A stretch of DNA of 64,000 nt from contig CAXXFK010000001.1 in NCBI GenBank assembly GCA_963663965.2, positions 256,001 to 320,000 of the forward strand. The letters run 5' to 3'. Numbering within the stretch: position 1 is the stretch's first letter; each line of letters begins with the position of its first letter. The position numbers were made by a program, and so were the translations under genes. Shown here piece after piece: positions 63,369 through 64,000 of this stretch. The DNA is from Sedimentisphaerales bacterium (GTDB lineage: Bacteria; Planctomycetota; Phycisphaerae; Sedimentisphaerales; SM23-30). The notes under the pieces are model-generated. The model worked only from the letters and a program-made list of their open reading frames with translations, had not been told where the DNA came from and ran no database searches.

Positions 63369-64000
63369 TCAACCATTTGATTGTCTCCTTCGTCGCATCA
63401 TTAACATCGCCATACCTGTCCCCATCAGCAAAAGTGTCGCCGGTTCCGGTACTACCGGCACAGTCTCCGGATCTGACGGCTTTAAATCCGCCGCTTGATA
63501 TTGCTGCTGTGTTTCCAGCACTACCGCCCCGCTAACCGGTGTGACCAACTGATGCATTATCGCCAGCCGCACCGCTTCATCCTGGCTTTGCTGGTCTCGC
63601 TTCATACGCAAAGTATTGACCTGATCCGCCGCCGCCAGCCGCGCCAGATGACTTGATACCCGTTTCACTCCCGCCGGCGGCTCCTCGCTATCCAGTATCC
63701 TGCGCGTAAACACCACCGTTTCCTCTTCTCCCAGCCACTGCCGAATCGTTCGCGCCAGACACGCCGCCACCTCCCCACGGCATGGCGCCGATGTGACTGC
63801 CGCTATGCCATCCAGCGCCGAAACAATCCGGTCCGGCCCCGCGGCCAGTTGCACCTCCACCAGCCTCGGACCGGCCAGACGACGTTCGAACCGCTGGCTC
63901 AGTCCCTCGATAGGCGCCATCAGCGTCGGCTGGCCGCAATGCAGCCACAGGATCCGGCCCGGCGTTACGCCATCCGCCAGATCCCAGGCATGAGTCAGCG
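63369..64000 (-). CDS. 3' part of a PEP-CTERM-anchored protein (VIT/vWA-type C-terminus), truncated by the window edge
   Basis: Frame open to the window end; HLARL, LVTPVSGAVVLET..QY, VPEPAT + TM + RRRR tail. Confidence 0.78.
   Translation of the reverse strand, partial: LTHAWDLADGVTPGRILWLHCGQPTLMAPIEGLSQRFERRLAGPRLVEVQLAAGPDRIVSALDGIAAVTSAPCRGEVAACLARTIRQWLGEEETVVFTRRILDSEEPPAGVKRVSSHLARLAAADQVNTLRMKRDQQSQDEAVRLAIMHQLVTPVSGAVVLETQQQYQAADLKPSDPETVPVVPEPATLLLMGTGMAMLMMRRRRQSNG

Noticed and set aside
41111..64000. tRNA-Ser as attachment site of an integrative island
   Set aside because: No integrase and no duplicate of the tRNA 3' end found by eye; housekeeping leuCD lies within the region
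1..64000. CRISPR array, rRNA, prophage or recognisable defence system
   Set aside because: No regularly spaced repeats, rRNA-like sequence, or cas, phage structural or restriction genes seen

Overview
Bacterial chromosomal window, most likely Planctomycetota (Phycisphaerae, Sedimentisphaerales-like). This assignment is inferred from LamG proteins with C-terminal 'D..DCRVDL.D....WL.C' tails, a prepilin H-X9-DG protein, PEP-CTERM-type tails and ECF/FecR pairs. 1-13 kb: tRNA-Ala(CGC), an ArnT/LAB_N/GT2 envelope-modification trio, a KamA-like radical SAM gene, rplU, lptB, cdaA-cdaR, fliM and a double-Cache histidine kinase. 13-29 kb: an ECF-sigma/FecR-controlled cluster of secreted LamG and BNR proteins plus a prepilin, then AraC/URO-D-like/GH2 genes. 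29-34 kb: a CIA30-MsrB-MsrA fusion converging on dsbD-small Cys protein-nth. 34-40 kb: an AT-richer module in which an ECF sigma/anti-sigma pair is divergent from an LxxxQ-repeat protein and two metallophosphoesterases, with back-to-back TTGTCCCCG-N16-CAAT motifs. 41-58 kb: tRNA-Ser(TGA), glycoside hydrolases (many frameshifted, probably long-read indel errors) and leuDC. 58-64 kb: a complete ISL3 element, an IS200 remnant, a string of small cassette-like genes and a 5'-truncated PEP-CTERM gene. The best candidates for undescribed biology are the ECF-metallophosphoesterase module, the dual-start Msr fusion, the KamA-like gene with a structured leader and non-AUG start, and the ECF/FecR/LamG/pilin module. 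All family calls were made by eye; no searches were run.
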